This document shows positions 30,506-41,192 of a DNA stretch of 64,000 nt, in pieces; the first letter of the stretch is position 1; every line of letters begins with the position of its first letter. The notes beneath the pieces were generated by a model. That model was not told where the DNA came from. It was given only the letters and a program-made list of their open reading frames with translations, and did not search any database. Location of the stretch: NCBI GenBank assembly GCA_031422435.1, contig JANPLU010000033.1:1-64000 (forward strand). The letters run 5' to 3'. The position numbers were made by a program, and so were the translations under genes. Origin of the DNA: Acaryochloridaceae cyanobacterium VAR_48_metabat_390 (GTDB lineage Bacteria > Cyanobacteriota > Cyanobacteriia > Thermosynechococcales > Thermosynechococcaceae).

Positions 30506-33211
30506 ATGAAAATTCTCCAAACCCAGACGCTCCGAGGCCCCAACTACTGGAGCATCCGCCGCTCAAAGCTCATTCTGGTGCGACTGGATTTAGAGGAGCT
30601 AGCCCATAGCCCTTCAGATACCCTGCCTAGTTTCTATGACGGCCTTGTGGCGGCGCTACCTAGCCTCGAAGAACACTTTTGTTCTCCAGGCTGTCGGGGT
30701 GGATTTTTAAGCCGGGTCAAGGAAGGCACCATGATGGGGCACATCCTGGAGCATGTGGCGCTGGAGCTTCAGACCTTAGCCGATATGCCCGTAGGGTTTG
30801 GTCGCACCCGCGAGACGGCAACGGATGGGGTCTACCAGGTTGTCATTGAGTATCAAAATGAGGAGGCAGGGCGCTACGCGGCAAGGGCGGCACTGCGACT
30901 TTGTCAGAGCATTGTAGAGACAGGCGCTTATCCCAAAGAAGAGCTGGAAAAAGATTTAGATGACCTGGCTCAGTTGCGGACTGAAGCGATCTTGGGCGCA
31001 AGCACTGAGGCGCTCGTGCGCGAAGCCGAAAATCGCGGCATTCCCTGGACGCATTTAGAAAGCTGTGACCTGTTTCAGTTTGGTTACGGAAAGCATCAAA
31101 AGCGGGTTCAGGCTGCACTCACCTCCAAGAGCAATATTCTGGGGGTAGAGCTGGCCTGTAATAAAGAAAATACGAAAAATATTTTGACCCAGTTTGGGGT
31201 TCCCGTCCCCTTGGGCAAGGTGATCTACGCATTTAGTGAGCTAGAAGAAACGATTGAGCAGCTAGGAGGCTATCCCGTTGTCATTAAGCCCTTGGATGGC
31301 AATCATGGTCGCGGCATTACCATTGATATCCAGTCTTGGGAAAATGCGGAAGTGGCTTACGACCGTGCCCGTGATGTCTCTAAAGGCGTGATTGTAGAAC
31401 ACTTCTACCAAGGGCGAGATCACCGAATTTTAGTCGTCAATCATAAGGTTGTTGCCGTTGCGGAGCGGGTACCTGCCCATGTAATCGGCAACGGAATCGC
31501 CACTATAAAAGAGCTAGTTGAGCAAGAAAACCAAGATGACCGTCGGGGCGAAGGTCACGACAATATGCTCACCCATATTGAGCTAGACGACGCTACGGAC
31601 GAAATGATGCATCGTCAAGGGTTTACGCTAGACACCGTTTTGCCCCCAGGTCAAATCTGCTATTTACGGGCAACCGCCAATCTGAGTACGGGCGGGATCG
31701 CCATTGACCGCACGGACGAAATTCATCCAGAGACGGTTTGGGTTGCAGAACGCGTGTCTCGCATTATTGACCTGGACGTAGCAGGTATTGATGTCATTAC
31801 AACCGACATTACCAAGACCCTCGCGGAAGCGGATGGCGTAATTGTGGAGGTGAATGCAGCACCCGGCTTACGGATGCATATTGCACCCAGTGAAGGAGTG
31901 GGACGAAACGTCGCAGCACCCATCCTCAATATGCTGTTTCCTCCTGGAAAACCCAATCGGGTTCCGATTGTGGCAATCACGGGAACCAATGGCAAAACTA
32001 CTACCACTCGACTGATTGCCCACATCTTCAGTCAGGTGTATGAGTTTGTGGGCTTTACCACCACTGACGGTATCTACATCGGTCGTCACCTCGTCGAAAA
32101 GGGTGACACTACGGGGCCACAAAGCGCCCAGATCATTCTGCAAGACCCGACGGTAGACATTGCAATTTTAGAGACGGCACGGGGCGGCATTTTGCGATCG
32201 GGTCTTGCCTTTGCCCACTGCGATGTGGGGGTGGTCTTAAATGTGGCGGCGGATCACTTGGGCTTGGGCGATATCAACACGATTGACCAAATGGCAAAGG
32301 TCAAGGCAGTAATTGCAGAGGCGGTTCACCCCGATGGCTATGCCGTGCTGAATGCCGATGACGAGCGGGTTGCCGCAATGGCAGACTACGTGCCTGGAAA
32401 AATTGCCTATTTTTCGATGGATGCTGATAACCCGTTAGTGCGATCGCATGTTCAGCGCGGGGGCATTGCCGCAGTCCTCAAAGAGGGCTATCTGGCGATT
32501 TTGCAGCAGGACTGGGTTCACCGCATTGAAAAGGTCGAGCTGGTGCCCCTCACCCTGGGCGGACGCGCACCGTTTATGATTGCCAATGCTCTGGCGGCAA
32601 GTCTGGCAGCGTTTGTGCAGGGTGTGAAAGTTGAGCAAATTCGCGCCGCCCTTCGCAGTTTCCGGGCTTCGGCGGAGCAGACGCCGGGACGCATGAATTT
32701 ATTTAACTTGGGTCACTATCATGCGCTGGTAGACTACGCCCACAACCCAGCCGGATACGCAGCGGTGGGCAGCTTTGTTAAAAACTGGTCTGGCCCTGCC
32801 ATTGGCGTGGTTGGCGGCCCTGGCGATCGCCGTGATGAAGATTTGATTGAGTTAGGCACACTGTCGGCAGGCTTCTTTGAGCAGATTGTGGTGAAAGAAG
32901 ATGACGACAATCGGGGTCGCCCTCGCGGCAACGCAGCGGAGCTGATTGTGCAAGGGATTCATACTGCCGCCACGGAAGATAACGTGCCAGTCCCACACAC
33001 AGTTCAATTATCAGAAACAGAGGCGATCGCCTGGGCTTTAGATAACGCGCCCAAAGATGGTTTGGTGGTGATCTTTCCTGAAAGCGTGAGTCGGGCGATC
33101 GAGATTATCATGGCGCGTAACCCCATTTTGGATGATGCAGAAGCCGCCTTTTTCGCAGAATTGAAGACTGAGAAATGGCCTGCGTTTACACCCCAGTGTT
33201 CGCTCCCTTAA
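30506..33211 (+). CDS. cphA: Cyanophycin synthetase CphA1 (intact)
   Basis: LRGPNYWS, HFCS..GHILEH N-domain site, ATP-grasp KPLDGNHGRG/EVNAAPG, Mur-like GTNGKTTT, ETARGG, DHLG, PGRMN, DYAHNP, GDRRD; ATG at 30506. Confidence 0.98.
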   Translation: MKILQTQTLRGPNYWSIRRSKLILVRLDLEELAHSPSDTLPSFYDGLVAALPSLEEHFCSPGCRGGFLSRVKEGTMMGHILEHVALELQTLADMPVGFGRTRETATDGVYQVVIEYQNEEAGRYAARAALRLCQSIVETGAYPKEELEKDLDDLAQLRTEAILGASTEALVREAENRGIPWTHLESCDLFQFGYGKHQKRVQAALTSKSNILGVELACNKENTKNILTQFGVPVPLGKVIYAFSELEETIEQLGGYPVVIKPLDGNHGRGITIDIQSWENAEVAYDRARDVSKGVIVEHFYQGRDHRILVVNHKVVAVAERVPAHVIGNGIATIKELVEQENQDDRRGEGHDNMLTHIELDDATDEMMHRQGFTLDTVLPPGQICYLRATANLSTGGIAIDRTDEIHPETVWVAERVSRIIDLDVAGIDVITTDITKTLAEADGVIVEVNAAPGLRMHIAPSEGVGRNVAAPILNMLFPPGKPNRVPIVAITGTNGKTTTTRLIAHIFSQVYEFVGFTTTDGIYIGRHLVEKGDTTGPQSAQIILQDPTVDIAILETARGGILRSGLAFAHCDVGVVLNVAADHLGLGDINTIDQMAKVKAVIAEAVHPDGYAVLNADDERVAAMADYVPGKIAYFSMDADNPLVRSHVQRGGIAAVLKEGYLAILQQDWVHRIEKVELVPLTLGGRAPFMIANALAASLAAFVQGVKVEQIRAALRSFRASAEQTPGRMNLFNLGHYHALVDYAHNPAGYAAVGSFVKNWSGPAIGVVGGPGDRRDEDLIELGTLSAGFFEQIVVKEDDDNRGRPRGNAAELIVQGIHTAATEDNVPVPHTVQLSETEAIAWALDNAPKDGLVVIFPESVSRAIEIIMARNPILDDAEAAFFAELKTEKWPAFTPQCSLP

Positions 33212-33226
33212 ATGCTGGTCAATAAT

Positions 33227-33259
33227 AAGGGTATTGGCGTTTGATACTGCAATACCCTG
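33227..33259 (+). terminator. Stem-loop between cphA and putA
   Basis: AGGGTATTG ... CAATACCCT inverted repeat just after the cphA stop; no strong U tract. Confidence 0.4.
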
Positions 33260-33304
33260 GCCTATAAGCCGAGGATTAATACTCAGTCCTCAGGAGATTG
33301 TTTG

Positions 33305-36300
33305 ATGATTTTGAACCCATCCCGTTCCAGCGCCGGGTCTTCCTTTTCGACCACTTATGAAGATCAGACCCAAGTGATCGCCCACCAGCTCCTAGCAGAA
33401 ACGACCGAAAAGCGATCGCTCTTTGCGAAGGTGCGAGATCAGTTCCGTTGGGATGACAAGCTCCTCAGCTGGACAATGGATAACCCCGCGTTGCGGGTGC
33501 AGCTTTTTCGCCTGATCGACTGTTTACCCTCGCTGACCACCAAAGCCGAAATTGCCCGTCACCTCCAAGAATACTTAAGCGATGGAGCGGTGGAACTCCC
33601 CCAAGCACTTAAAGGGCTGCTCAACTTTACCGCTGCCGACTCCATGCCAGGGCAGGTCGCGGCAACCACCCTTTCGACCGCCGTAGAAACCCTAGCGCGT
33701 AAATACATCTCTGGCGAAACCCTAAAACAGGCGCTCAAGAGCATCGGGCAGCTTCGCAGGCAGTCTATGAGCTTCACTATGGATCTCTTAGGGGAAGCCG
33801 TGGTGACAGAAACAGAAGCCCAAGCCTATCTCGATCAGTATTTAGCGCTAATGGCGCAGCTTACAGAAGCATCTAGGCAGTGGTCAGCCGTGCCCCAAGT
33901 GGATAGCGCCGATGGGGTAGATGTTGCCAAAGTGCAGGTTTCCGTCAAGCTTACGGCGTTTTATTCTCAGTTCGATCCGCTGGACGTTAAAGGTTCCCAG
34001 GCCAAGGTGAGTGATCGCATTCGCATCCTCCTGCGTAAAGCACGGGAAGTAGGCGCAGCGGTGCATTTTGACATGGAGCAGTATCGCTACAAAAATGCAA
34101 CTCTAGAAACCCTGAAGCAGCTCTTGATGGAGGACGAATTTTGCGATCGCACCGACATCGGCATCACCCTGCAAGCCTACCTGCGAGATAGCCACCAAGA
34201 TTTACAGGACTTAATCGCGTGGGCGAAACAGCGGGGCAAACCCATCACGGTAAGACTAATCAAAGGAGCCTATTGGGATCAAGAAACCATCATCGCGCGT
34301 CAGAACCATTGGTCTACGTCTGTCTATAATCACAAGTCTTCAACCGACGCTAACTTTGAGCGCATGACGCAGCGGCTTCTAGAAAACCATGAGGTGCTTC
34401 ACGCCGCGATTGGTAGCCACAACGTCCGTTCTCAGGCGCACGCTATTGCGATCGCCACAGCCCTAAACATACCCAAGCGCCACATCGAGTTTCAAGTCCT
34501 CTACGGCATGGCAGACAACCTCGCCGCCGCCCTCGCCAAACGGGGACATCGGGTGCGAGTTTACTGTCCCTATGGACCGCTGATCCCAGGCATGTCTTAC
34601 CTGATTCGGCGACTGCTGGAAAATACCGCCAACAGCTCTTTTCTAAAGCAAAGCGTGGGGGATCATCCCACGGAGGGGTTATTAGCAGTTCCCGTTTGGG
34701 GAGAAGGCGATGAAGACGGGAGCAGCAACCCACCCATGCCCATTGCCTCCGCCGCCGTAACCGTGACTCGAATCAATCCCTCGGCAGATACCGATTGGGC
34801 GATTGCCCAGTATCGTTCCGATGCGGCAACTGCGTTAGCCTCGGTAAAGCAGCAGCTAGGGCAATCTTATCTACCGCTGGTTAACGGCGAGCGGGTACAA
34901 GCCTTAAAAACCATTGAGTCCGTGAATCCCTCCAATCCGGCTGAGGTGGTGGGCACTATTGGACAGATGGATATCGGGCAGGCTGACCAGGCGATCGCCG
35001 CAGCCAAAGCGGCCTTTGTAACCTGGAAGCAAACCCCTGTCGCAGAACGCGCCGCCATTTTGCGTCGCGCCGCAGATTTACTCGAAGCGCGCCGCCATGA
35101 GCTGAACGCCTGGATGGTGTTTGAGGCAGGTAAACCGCTCCAACAGGCCGATGTAGAAGTCTCAGAAGCCGCAGATTTCTGTCGGTACTACGCCACAGAA
35201 ATGGAGCGCCTAGACGCAGAAATTGTCTATGACGTAGCAGGGGAAAGCGATCGCTACTTCTATCGTCCCAAGGGCATTGTGCTGGTCATTTCGCCCTGGA
35301 ATTTCCCTCTGGCAATTCCCACGGGCATGACCGTTGCTGCCTTGGTGACGGGCAACTGTGCGCTGCTTAAGCCTGCCGCTACAACCGCCGTCATTGCGGC
35401 AAAGCTGTGCGACATCTTAGTAGAGGCAGGTATCCCCAAAGGGGTGTTTCAGTACATTCCCTGCGGTGGCTCCACGGTGGGGACTCATCTAGTCAAACAC
35501 TCCGACGTGCAGATGATTGTATTCACGGGTTCCCAGGAGGTCGGTTGCCAAATCTACGCCAATGCCGCCATTCTGCAACCAGGGCAAAAGCACCTGAAGC
35601 GCGTGGTGGCAGAAATGGGTGGCAAAAACGCCATCATCGTAGATGAAAGTGCGGATTTGGATCAGGCGGTGCAGGGAGTTGTGTATTCTGCCTTTGGCTA
35701 CAGCGGTCAGAAGTGTTCTGCCTGCTCTCGTGTAGTGGTGCTAGCGCCCATTTACGATGCCTTTGTAGCGCGGCTGGTAGAAGCAACTCAATCCTTGAAT
35801 GTCGGAGATGCCGCCGACCCAAGCACAAAGGTTGGCCCTGTAATTGACAGTGCGGCACAGCAGCGCATTCGTGAAACCATTGCCAAGGGCAAAACTGAAG
35901 CCAATCTCGCCCTAGAACTACCTTCCCCAGAACCAGGCTATTTTGTTGGCCCTGTGATTTTTACGGATGTAGATCCGCAGTCTACTCTTGCCCAAGAAGA
36001 AATCTTTGGCCCCGTGTTGGCAGTGATGAAAGCTGAGAATTTTGAGGAAGGATTGGCGATCGCCAACAATACAAACTACGCACTCACGGGCGGTCTATAC
36101 TCTCGCACACCCTCCCACATTGAACAGGCCAAAGCAGAACTTGAGGTGGGCAATCTCTATATCAATCGCACTATTACGGGGGCGATCGTGGCAAGACAGC
36201 CCTTTGGGGGGTATAAGCTATCGGGGGTGGGTTCCAAAGCGGGTGGACCAGATTATTTGCTGCAATTTCTAGACCCGCGCACGGTGACAGAAAACATTCA

Positions 36301-36337
36301 GCGACAGGGGTTTGCGCCCATTGAAGGGATGGAGTAA
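33305..36337 (+). CDS. putA: Bifunctional proline dehydrogenase / glutamate-5-semialdehyde dehydrogenase
   Basis: PRODH motifs DLLGE, SVKL, DMEQY, RLIKGAYWD, SHN, YLIRRLLEN; ALDH motifs ISPWNFP, FTGS, EMGGKN, GQKCSA, EEIFGP. Confidence 0.97.
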   Translation: MILNPSRSSAGSSFSTTYEDQTQVIAHQLLAETTEKRSLFAKVRDQFRWDDKLLSWTMDNPALRVQLFRLIDCLPSLTTKAEIARHLQEYLSDGAVELPQALKGLLNFTAADSMPGQVAATTLSTAVETLARKYISGETLKQALKSIGQLRRQSMSFTMDLLGEAVVTETEAQAYLDQYLALMAQLTEASRQWSAVPQVDSADGVDVAKVQVSVKLTAFYSQFDPLDVKGSQAKVSDRIRILLRKAREVGAAVHFDMEQYRYKNATLETLKQLLMEDEFCDRTDIGITLQAYLRDSHQDLQDLIAWAKQRGKPITVRLIKGAYWDQETIIARQNHWSTSVYNHKSSTDANFERMTQRLLENHEVLHAAIGSHNVRSQAHAIAIATALNIPKRHIEFQVLYGMADNLAAALAKRGHRVRVYCPYGPLIPGMSYLIRRLLENTANSSFLKQSVGDHPTEGLLAVPVWGEGDEDGSSNPPMPIASAAVTVTRINPSADTDWAIAQYRSDAATALASVKQQLGQSYLPLVNGERVQALKTIESVNPSNPAEVVGTIGQMDIGQADQAIAAAKAAFVTWKQTPVAERAAILRRAADLLEARRHELNAWMVFEAGKPLQQADVEVSEAADFCRYYATEMERLDAEIVYDVAGESDRYFYRPKGIVLVISPWNFPLAIPTGMTVAALVTGNCALLKPAATTAVIAAKLCDILVEAGIPKGVFQYIPCGGSTVGTHLVKHSDVQMIVFTGSQEVGCQIYANAAILQPGQKHLKRVVAEMGGKNAIIVDESADLDQAVQGVVYSAFGYSGQKCSACSRVVVLAPIYDAFVARLVEATQSLNVGDAADPSTKVGPVIDSAAQQRIRETIAKGKTEANLALELPSPEPGYFVGPVIFTDVDPQSTLAQEEIFGPVLAVMKAENFEEGLAIANNTNYALTGGLYSRTPSHIEQAKAELEVGNLYINRTITGAIVARQPFGGYKLSGVGSKAGGPDYLLQFLDPRTVTENIQRQGFAPIEGME

Positions 36338-36460
36338 AAGCCTACATGTTCAGATAAATGCCCCAACCTTCGCCTCAACATGCAGGTAAAGCGCGGAGCT
36401 TCCTGTCTAGACTCTCAACAGCATTTCACAATAGGTTTGGCGCATGACCTTATGGTTAAC

Positions 36461-39001
36461 TCAACGCCAGTCACCCACCAATACGTAAGGTGCCCAATAA
36501 AAGGGATGGCGATAGTCTGGATCTTTCAAAAGTTTCAGTTGGGTTTGCCGTAATGCCTCAGCCTTTGTGATTCCAGACTGTGATAGTGCAGCATAAAAGG
36601 TCTCCATAAACAGGCTGCTCGACTCATCATCAATAGACCACAGCGTGGCAACTGTGCTGCGGGTGCCTGCCTGCACCGCAACGCCTGCTAACCCCAAGGA
36701 TGCACGCTTATCCCCGGCAGCAGTTTCACAGGCGCTTAGAACGAGAAGGTCAATGGCTCTCCGAAACGGCTGCTGTCGCTTTTCAATGAGATCTTTAAGT
36801 TCGTAGAGGGTGATGGGCTTATCCCACGCCAAAATAAACGTCTGGTCTACGTTGGAACTAAATTGACCGTGGGTGGCAAAATGCAGCACCGTCGCCGTAG
36901 AACCTTCGACGGCATTGGCGATCGCTCGACTGGTGAACTGCTCATTGAGCAACACACTCCCTGGCAGCTTTTGCACAATGGCCTTAAGTTCGCCCGGCAC
37001 AAAGGCCAGTGGTGGAAATCCACTCCGCTCCAGGGATAAACCCGCAACAAGACTTCGCGTGGGGGTTAAGGGTTTAGATTCTGGGGAAATGAGCTGAAGA
37101 CTGGGGGCGATCGCCACTCCATAGCGCTCAACCAAAAACTGTTTGCCGTCATAGAGCGCTGCTAAAGGGACATTAATTAGCTCACTATCAGGCACAAAAA
37201 CGAGGGTTTTAATCTTTTGCTGCTGGAGTAGAGCTTCGGTCGGCTCGACCAGCCACTGGTATAGCGCTTGCCCCAACTCCTTAGCTTCTGGTGCGGTGTA
37301 GGGCTTTTCTAGGGCAGTGCGGAACTGCGCCACAGCAGCTTCAACCTGTTTGCTCAACACAGGACGAGCCATCATCTGAATCGACCCATCCGGTAAGCTC
37401 AGCAGCGTGACAATGCGATCCTCTAGCACAATGGGATAGAGCAAAGCCGTTCCGGGCTGAATGAGCTGGGTGAGCGGACGGCGACGATCTTCAAGACAGG
37501 AGGATCGAAGAAAATAGGACAGCTCAGCGACTCGCAGGGACTCAATGGCCTGCTGTGCGGTTTTAATGGTTTCTACGGTAGCGGTTTGACCATTGCGGGG
37601 CTGGAGCAATAAATCCACATACTCTCGGTAAACTGGCTCCACCTGATCTCGAAATCCATACTGCAGGTCACTTCCTACAGAAACCAGATCTCGGCGCAAC
37701 CTCTGAAGCAGATCGACGGCCTCACGGTAGAAGGTAAGCGCTGGCTCTGTTTTACCCTGGGCTTTGAGAATGCGGCCTAGCTGCCATTTCCAGCGATAGC
37801 AGCTTTCATCAGCATCGGCTTTCATGGCTAAATTCAGCGCTTCACGGGTAACGGCTTCGGCGTCAGCCCACTGTTGCGTGCTTTCGTAAAGCCGACCGAG
37901 ATACCCAACGGCGAAAGACTCTAAGCGCAGGTTTTGGGTTTGACGTGCCTGCCCAATGGCCTGGTTTAACCCCTGGGCGATCGCCTGAGTAGAAGGTGCT
38001 TGCGTGGCAAAGCGAAGCGCAATCTGGCTCTCGGCGAGCTGAAGCCGCTGCCCTAGAGTTTGGTAGCTAGAAGGCTGCTGACTCAGGGACTGTGCGAGGG
38101 TGGAGGCTAAGGCTTGAGCATTTGACCACTGGCGTTGGGCGATTAAGATATGAAGGCGGTTGAGGTTTGCTTTGGTTTGGATTTCAGGGCGATCGCCATA
38201 TTGCAGCACCTGCTGATAGGCATCTAGCGCTTCGGGGAGCTGCTGTTGAGCATAGGCTAAGTTGCCCTGCTGCATGAGCAGCGCCGCAGTCTGCTGATTG
38301 AGGTGATGGGTTTGGGCAACGGCCTGTGCTGCGGTTAAGGTTGCTTTGGCTCGGTCAAATTCACCGACTTGGGTAAACATTTGACCCAAGTTCAGCGCCA
38401 TTGCTAAACGAAGGCTTACATCGGTTTGTTGGGCAATGAGCGGTTCAGATTGGGTGAGCGTACTGCGCGCCCTTGAAAAGTAGCCGAGGGATTGTTCTGC
38501 CTGTGCCTGGTTAATCAGGCTACCTGCGGTGCCTGCAAGATCGTTGAGCTGACGATAGACTTTTTCTGCTTTCTGCCAGCTTTCTAGGGCAGCGGTTGCT
38601 TTACCCTGAGAGAGCTGAAGGCTACCCTGGGTATTGAGCAGCCGCGCCAATACGGTATTTTTATGGGCTTGAGAATCAGGCGTAACAAGGGTTAGTCCTC
38701 GATTGAGTGCAGTTTGTGCGGCTTCATCTTGGCCTAGCTCTTGATAAGCCAGGGTGAGATAGTTGAGTGCCAATGCCTCTTGAATGGGCGACTTGTTTTG
38801 CTGTGATTGTTTTGCCGCCTGTTTCCATTGCTGGGCGGCGGCAGCAAAGTTGCCGTTTTGGTAGAGCGACAAGCCTTCCTGAATTTGAGGATTGGTTTGG
38901 GCGGTTACCCTACCTGTCTCATGCCAATCGATCCACAGCAGCAGTCCTATTAAAAATGCGCTGAAGGCAATTTTCCATTGTCGTGACCGATGTGGTGTCA
39001 T
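36461..39001 (-). CDS. Secreted TPR-repeat CHAT-domain (caspase-like) protease
   Basis: N-terminal hydrophobic signal, TPR repeats, LHFATHG (His) and LVLSACET (Cys) dyad, ATLWSIDD, HPFYWAPY. Confidence 0.93.
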   Translation of the reverse strand: MTPHRSRQWKIAFSAFLIGLLLWIDWHETGRVTAQTNPQIQEGLSLYQNGNFAAAAQQWKQAAKQSQQNKSPIQEALALNYLTLAYQELGQDEAAQTALNRGLTLVTPDSQAHKNTVLARLLNTQGSLQLSQGKATAALESWQKAEKVYRQLNDLAGTAGSLINQAQAEQSLGYFSRARSTLTQSEPLIAQQTDVSLRLAMALNLGQMFTQVGEFDRAKATLTAAQAVAQTHHLNQQTAALLMQQGNLAYAQQQLPEALDAYQQVLQYGDRPEIQTKANLNRLHILIAQRQWSNAQALASTLAQSLSQQPSSYQTLGQRLQLAESQIALRFATQAPSTQAIAQGLNQAIGQARQTQNLRLESFAVGYLGRLYESTQQWADAEAVTREALNLAMKADADESCYRWKWQLGRILKAQGKTEPALTFYREAVDLLQRLRRDLVSVGSDLQYGFRDQVEPVYREYVDLLLQPRNGQTATVETIKTAQQAIESLRVAELSYFLRSSCLEDRRRPLTQLIQPGTALLYPIVLEDRIVTLLSLPDGSIQMMARPVLSKQVEAAVAQFRTALEKPYTAPEAKELGQALYQWLVEPTEALLQQQKIKTLVFVPDSELINVPLAALYDGKQFLVERYGVAIAPSLQLISPESKPLTPTRSLVAGLSLERSGFPPLAFVPGELKAIVQKLPGSVLLNEQFTSRAIANAVEGSTATVLHFATHGQFSSNVDQTFILAWDKPITLYELKDLIEKRQQPFRRAIDLLVLSACETAAGDKRASLGLAGVAVQAGTRSTVATLWSIDDESSSLFMETFYAALSQSGITKAEALRQTQLKLLKDPDYRHPFYWAPYVLVGDWR

Positions 39002-39007
39002 AGCGGC

Positions 39008-41104
39008 TTAATGACTCACTGCTGCCACTAAAGGACGTTCGGTAGCGGGAGACACTCTTGTAAACTGACAAGGCTTGGTTTGTGGAGGATTCGCTGTATT
39101 TGCCGCTGCAACGAGACGCACCGCACCACTTGGCTCAAAAACCCATCCCTGCGCCTCGATAATGGGCGCGGTGGAGGGTGACGAACTTGAAGCGGATGAA
39201 CCCAATAGAGCGGAATTGGGACTGCTTTTTGGTTGGCTGTTTAGCTGTAGCGGTAAACGTAAATCTTGCCAGACAGCGCTCCCTTGAGCTGGATCTGACG
39301 GGGTAGCAGGGAGTCCGCCTCGACCGGAGTAAATGAAGCTATCGCGATCGCCTCTACGGTCACCCAAACAGGCCGTTTCGATGATTTTGGTACCCAGTAC
39401 CGTAGGCAGTGCGGCAAGATCGACCACCGGATTTGTAGAAACAATGTTGGTGTCAACGGTACCGTTTAGCCCAAATTCTGAGCGTGCGGTGATGTCGCTA
39501 GAATTTGGAAAGTTGGCTGTGTTGGGCGCAATACCAAATAGCCCTTGAGTTGTAATGCTGATATTGCCTCCATTGCCAAACACCGCATCGGTGCTAATGT
39601 TGCTGTCTTCGCTGGGTACAGCGGCGATTAGACCAGCCAAGATGTTGATGTTGCCGCCATTGCCCGTCGTGGTGCTAGAGGTTGAAATATTGCTTTGGTT
39701 GCGTAATACCAAGGCATCTTGTACTGCTAAGTTAATATTTCCGCCCATGCCAGTAGTAGACTTTGCACTAATAGATGCCTGGTTATCTAATAAAATAGAC
39801 CGAGCAAAAATACTGATTTCACCAGCGCTGCCGTTCCTTCGGCTAGAGCTAAGAATTGAGGAATTGTCTAGAGATAAACTATCTGCATTAATTTGAATTC
39901 TTCCTGCGGAACCGGATGAAAATGATGACGTTGAAATAAAACTATTCTCTTTGAGAAAAATATTGTTAGATTGAATCGTAATGTTGCCTGCTTGACCAAC
40001 ATTATTTCCATCTCCAAACTGTGTGGATGCATCAATCTTGGATCTGGTTAAGCTTAATGTCTTCGCCTGAATCTTGATATCACCATTTGCTGAGGAACTG
40101 TAGGTAACAGATACTATCTCAGTATCCTTTAAGGCCAATAGATCTGAAGCAAAGATAGAGATAGAGCCAACTGTACTTCCAATGTCTATTGGCCCACCAA
40201 TTTGTACTCGATCTAGCTGAATTTGTCGTCCATACAAGAAAACATCTGATAATCCGCCACCCAACTGTAATCCATTCGTAATCTCAATGTCTCTGAAGTT
40301 TTTTACGCCAGAAAAATCTAGCGCTAAGCTTTGATTGGTTCCTAAGTTAAGTAATCCAACTGTTTCGCCTGCGGCAGCACTTCCAATTTCTAATCGACCA
40401 TTGAAAGCAAATAAGCCTGCAGGGATAGAAAACGGATCTGAGGGATCTGTTAAGACCCCTTTTAATTTTACGTCTCCCCCCACGAGTGCAAGGGTTTGCC
40501 CTTCTTCGACAAAAAGTCCAGAACCAGGCTGGTCAAATTCACCCACAATGGGGCCAGGATTTGCACCAAACTGTAGGCCAATAGGAACGCCAAGGGTCAG
40601 CAAAGTAGGGACTGGTTGAGCATTATTTGCACTAAATTGATAGCCAATCGAAAAATTAATGCTTTCAGCCGTACTTGCTACAAAAGAACCGCTTAAATTT
40701 AAACTTGCACCAGGGCCAAAAATAATACCGCTAGGATTGATTAAAAATAGATTGACAGGATGACCAAAACTATCACCCACCTGAAGCGTTCCGTTAATCA
40801 AAGAGGGGTTATTGCCCGTTATTCGAGCAATGATATTAAAAATATTGACATTGGCAGGGATTTGAAATGTCGCCGTCCATCCTTGCTCTACAGAGAAATT
40901 CAAAAAACTGTGGAGCAAGTTATGATCGATAGGTCGCCCTCCAGAAATGTTATAGATTTGTTGAGCAGTATCGATTTGAACCTGGCTTCCTGCGGTTTGA
41001 TCTATTTGGATACCTGCAAAACAGGGTTTAATCGTTATAAAATTAGTCAGAAGCGTGCCCATTAACGCAGCACGGAAGAGATAGCGTTTCTCTAAAATCT
41101 TCAT
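39008..41104 (-). CDS. Filamentous haemagglutinin N-terminal (TPS) domain protein
   Basis: Signal peptide, NLLHSF, NIIARITG, NLFLINPSGIIFG, GGNINI beta-helix repeats, cyanobacterial C-terminal GRGGLP and IIEAQGW motifs. Confidence 0.92.
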   Translation of the reverse strand: MKILEKRYLFRAALMGTLLTNFITIKPCFAGIQIDQTAGSQVQIDTAQQIYNISGGRPIDHNLLHSFLNFSVEQGWTATFQIPANVNIFNIIARITGNNPSLINGTLQVGDSFGHPVNLFLINPSGIIFGPGASLNLSGSFVASTAESINFSIGYQFSANNAQPVPTLLTLGVPIGLQFGANPGPIVGEFDQPGSGLFVEEGQTLALVGGDVKLKGVLTDPSDPFSIPAGLFAFNGRLEIGSAAAGETVGLLNLGTNQSLALDFSGVKNFRDIEITNGLQLGGGLSDVFLYGRQIQLDRVQIGGPIDIGSTVGSISIFASDLLALKDTEIVSVTYSSSANGDIKIQAKTLSLTRSKIDASTQFGDGNNVGQAGNITIQSNNIFLKENSFISTSSFSSGSAGRIQINADSLSLDNSSILSSSRRNGSAGEISIFARSILLDNQASISAKSTTGMGGNINLAVQDALVLRNQSNISTSSTTTGNGGNINILAGLIAAVPSEDSNISTDAVFGNGGNISITTQGLFGIAPNTANFPNSSDITARSEFGLNGTVDTNIVSTNPVVDLAALPTVLGTKIIETACLGDRRGDRDSFIYSGRGGLPATPSDPAQGSAVWQDLRLPLQLNSQPKSSPNSALLGSSASSSSPSTAPIIEAQGWVFEPSGAVRLVAAANTANPPQTKPCQFTRVSPATERPLVAAVSH

Positions 41105-41192
41105 AATTTATCAAGATAGTCCTTGTAAATATTCTAGCGTTTATTTTTAGCCTAAAAGGTTTTGAATAATAGGCTTTTTAAGCCTGCCTATA

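Noticed and set aside
36461..39001. CHAT protease as part of a CRISPR type III-E or anti-phage caspase system
   Set aside because: No cas genes, array, gasdermin-like or sensor genes nearby, and the protein has an export signal
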